A DNA stretch of 64,000 nt from a bacterium. GTDB lineage: Bacteria > Zhuqueibacterota > Zhuqueibacteria > Oceanimicrobiales > Oceanimicrobiaceae. Positions 61,701-64,000 of this stretch are shown here, piece after piece. The notes under the pieces are model-generated. The model had not been told where the DNA came from and did not search any database. It saw nothing but the letters and a program-made list of their open reading frames with translations. The position numbers and the translations under genes were made by a program. How positions within the stretch are numbered: position 1 is the first letter of the stretch; every line of letters begins with the position of its first letter. The stretch is from NCBI GenBank assembly GCA_046758365.1, contig JBHIAC010000001.1:84943-148942 (forward strand), read 5' to 3'.

Positions 61701-61809
61701 GGTATATGGAATAAGTGTCTGATTAATCTCTAACCTTTACTTTACATCCCTATATCCTTATTCCCCTATATCCATTATTCCATCGTTCCATTCTTCCAAC
61801 TATCCATTA
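61701..61809. repeat. 8-nt tandem repeat array (TCCATTAT-like, 8 units) with a short complementary arm
   Basis: tccctata tccttatt cccctata tccattat tccatcgt tccattct tccaacta tccatta; includes the stop of the upstream minus-strand gene. Confidence 0.75.
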
Positions 61810-63294
61810 CCTCATACTGAAACTAATCTCTAAGACTTCTGGGGTGGCATTTTTCACTTCTGGTATGCTCATTCCTAAATCAGCATTGATGTAGGTTGGG
61901 TCACAAATGATAAATTTCTTGTGTCTATACATGACATAATCACCCTTTATATCATCTGTAAAATGCACAGCCGTCGCAATATGTCCAGGGTAATCGAGCC
62001 CTATGACTTCCAACCTTAAAAGATTACTCACGAGGTAAGCAAAAAGGATGGCGCGGTCTTCACAATCTGAATAAGGATAAAAGAGCGTTTCCTCGGAGAA
62101 AAAATATTTTTCTTTGCCAAACTGGTCTCTATCGGTCTGATAATCGAATGCCGTTTGCACAAAACGAAGCAGCACGTTCACGGCTTCTGTTTCTGATTTG
62201 CCATTGACAATGGGTCTCAGAGCGCTTAACAATGAATAATTTGCGTCTGGCGAAACCGGTGCGTCAAAGTAAACCTCTAAATTGGTCTGTGGATAATTTT
62301 GAAAAAAATTGACCACATTCTTATTATATTTCACTGTAAGGGTATATTCTTTACCTCTGTAACTGAATTTTAGTTTTTTTGAAGCCACGTTGGTTTTAAT
62401 ATTTGGTAAAGCTTCAATCTTTAGGTTTATCTCTTTATCGGCATTTGGATATCGGCCCTCATAAGTGTATAAAGTTTTAACAAGTTCTGGTTTACCCTCA
62501 AATGAGACTACAAAATATTTTTTATTATCAATAGTAAGGTATGGGACACTGTACATGAAATTTACCGAGGGTAGCAATAGATAAATACTATCTGAAGTGT
62601 GTCCTATTTTGGCTTCATAGCCCGATTTAGATAACATAAACCAGACAAAAAGTTTTCTCTGATTAAGTGAGTCTGGGTACATATCTTCTCCAATTTTGTA
62701 CAAAAGATAGGCATATCCCCAATCGTTGAGCCGCAGTTTTTTTCTGAAATATTGAGCACGGTTGAGAATACTTTCATAATCTGCCCGACTCATAGCTGAC
62801 CAATACGCACTAATGGTTTCTTTGGTAATAGCGTTTGATGTTGGGACTTTTAGCACGCGGTCATAATGCATTTTTAGTGGTGTATCCAAAAAATTTAACT
62901 GCATAGATTCACTTTTGTCAATATCCATAGGTTCAGGCTTTTCCTCAAGGTCTGGTTCTACTGGAGGTACATATTTGGGTAAAGGAATGTCTTTGATGAT
63001 TCTAATTTTTTGGGGCTTGATATCTCTAGGAGGCAGTTTTTCAGCCACGGGCATTTTTTTGGGTTTCGGCTTCTCATCCCGTTTTATACCTTCAAACAGT
63101 TGCATTTTCCGCCACTCCTTTTTAAGAAACTCTGTAAATTCTTTATCTCTTTTATCTTTGAATTCTTGGAATGCTTGCTGTTGCTTTTTGAGCCATTTCT
63201 CATATTCCTCTTGTGCTTTTGCGGTCGTTGTGGCAAAAAATAGCATCATCAACAAGCAGATGAAACAATTTATTGTTTTATATTTTGTATCCAT
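61807..63294 (-). CDS. Secreted protein with C-terminal transglutaminase-like (Cys-His-Asp) domain
   Basis: Signal peptide (AKA-Q), LRFVQ.AF.Y.TD..QFG, SDCEDRAIL, PGHIATAV and CDPTY; RBS GGAGG. Confidence 0.75.
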   Translation of the reverse strand: MDTKYKTINCFICLLMMLFFATTTAKAQEEYEKWLKKQQQAFQEFKDKRDKEFTEFLKKEWRKMQLFEGIKRDEKPKPKKMPVAEKLPPRDIKPQKIRIIKDIPLPKYVPPVEPDLEEKPEPMDIDKSESMQLNFLDTPLKMHYDRVLKVPTSNAITKETISAYWSAMSRADYESILNRAQYFRKKLRLNDWGYAYLLYKIGEDMYPDSLNQRKLFVWFMLSKSGYEAKIGHTSDSIYLLLPSVNFMYSVPYLTIDNKKYFVVSFEGKPELVKTLYTYEGRYPNADKEINLKIEALPNIKTNVASKKLKFSYRGKEYTLTVKYNKNVVNFFQNYPQTNLEVYFDAPVSPDANYSLLSALRPIVNGKSETEAVNVLLRFVQTAFDYQTDRDQFGKEKYFFSEETLFYPYSDCEDRAILFAYLVSNLLRLEVIGLDYPGHIATAVHFTDDIKGDYVMYRHKKFIICDPTYINADLGMSIPEVKNATPEVLEISFSMR

Positions 63295-63350
63295 TAGTAT
63301 ACCTCCGTGGGATTTATTTATTATTCCTGATGTTTTGAACGGGTATAATC

Positions 63351-63452
63351 TTAATAGATATATTCATACTGATCATTCCAGAATCCGAACGCCTTTTCGG
63401 TAAGACGTAAATAACCCAGTCTTGCAATTTCTTCTAATATCTCTGTGTCCAT
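63351..63452 (-). pseudogene. Possible remnant of a small antitoxin-like gene
   Basis: MDTEILEEIARLGYLRLTEKAFGFWNDQYEYIY resembles the E.AF.FW.....Y tails of small TA antitoxins; no toxin nearby. Confidence 0.3.
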
Positions 63453-63900
63453 CAGCAATTGCGCTAAGAGATTATGTAATTGGTCATTCTCATAAATTAA
63501 GATGCAAACTATTTTTACAAGAAGATTAGCTTTTGAATTATTTTGCTTTTGCAGTTTGTTTAATATAGCTAATAGAATGACAAAAATCAAATATTTTGAG
63601 CGAATCTTTCCATCGTACTTTAAAACTGCCATGCAACTGGACTCTCCAAAAGCGTTACGACCAAACTTTACTCTCCAAAACTTCCTTGGAGAAGAAATCT
63701 CATCCAATAAATTTCAATTAATTTTAACTATTTCACCAACCCCCAGCGGAAAATCTTGTCCCCTTGCATTCAAACCTCTTTATTTTTAACTTTTTTCAGG
63801 TAAAAATGACTAAGAAATTAATGATAAATTCATCGCCATAATTTATTTAATTATTTTGAAGCTATTCTACATTACCAATTTGATGCGTAAGTAAATAAAC

Positions 63901-63938
63901 ATCAGGGTTTATCCGTGTTATCCGAGTCATCTGTACTA
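63901..63938. repeat. Short array of ATCCGTG-type units about 9 nt long
   Basis: atcagggttt atccgtgtt atccgagtc atctgtact. Confidence 0.5.
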
Positions 63939-64000
63939 CAAATCTGCAACATGTTGTTTTTTTAGCAAAGTTTTTTTATCTGAATAATTCCTAACCTGGA

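Noticed and set aside
2276..63403. Numerous short antisense or alternate-frame ORFs in the track
   Set aside because: They lie within well-supported genes and show no motifs (shadow ORFs).
63351..63789. ORFs 63351..63707(-) and 63502..63789(+) as real genes
   Set aside because: They overlap each other, lack an RBS, and have no recognisable domain apart from the short terminal piece noted.
31915..63938. CRISPR arrays
   Set aside because: The repeats are 7-9-nt degenerate units without unique spacers, and there are no cas genes.

Overview
Low-GC bacterial chromosome segment, probably from the FCB superphylum (KSB1/Calditrichota-like). That placement is inferred from a 2.5-kaa protein ending in a T9SS/FlgD-type C-terminal domain and from Bacteroidota/eukaryote-type carAB. 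Layout: (1) 1-22 kb, a surface-glycan locus (aminotransferase, GT2, flippase-like protein, two GT-C enzymes, four GT4s, Wzy/WaaL-like protein, Wzx) interrupted by a secreted glycosidase-like protein, a phosphodiesterase and a DUF4956-CotH pair. (2) 22.8-30.4 kb, a giant secreted SGNH/FN3/Big-domain protein behind a sigma54 promoter with an IHF site. (3) carAB. (4) USP, an IT-family antiporter and nuoJKLMN (complex I membrane arm only), then an eIF-2B-like gene and pepA. (5) ffh-rpsP-khpA-rimM-trmD-rplS. (6) An XPB-like helicase paired with a DUF790/Bax1-like nuclease. (7) An accessory zone with TonB, a secreted caspase-like protein, a TPR/CsgG-like lipoprotein, a cNMP-patatin and a transglutaminase-like protein. 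No tRNA, rRNA, CRISPR array, transposase or integrase was seen. The most unusual signal is non-coding: many junctions inside operons hold long inverted-repeat elements. Several have arms built from degenerate 7-, 8- or 9-nt tandem units, and some overlap the upstream stop codon. All calls come from motif recognition by eye; no searches were run.
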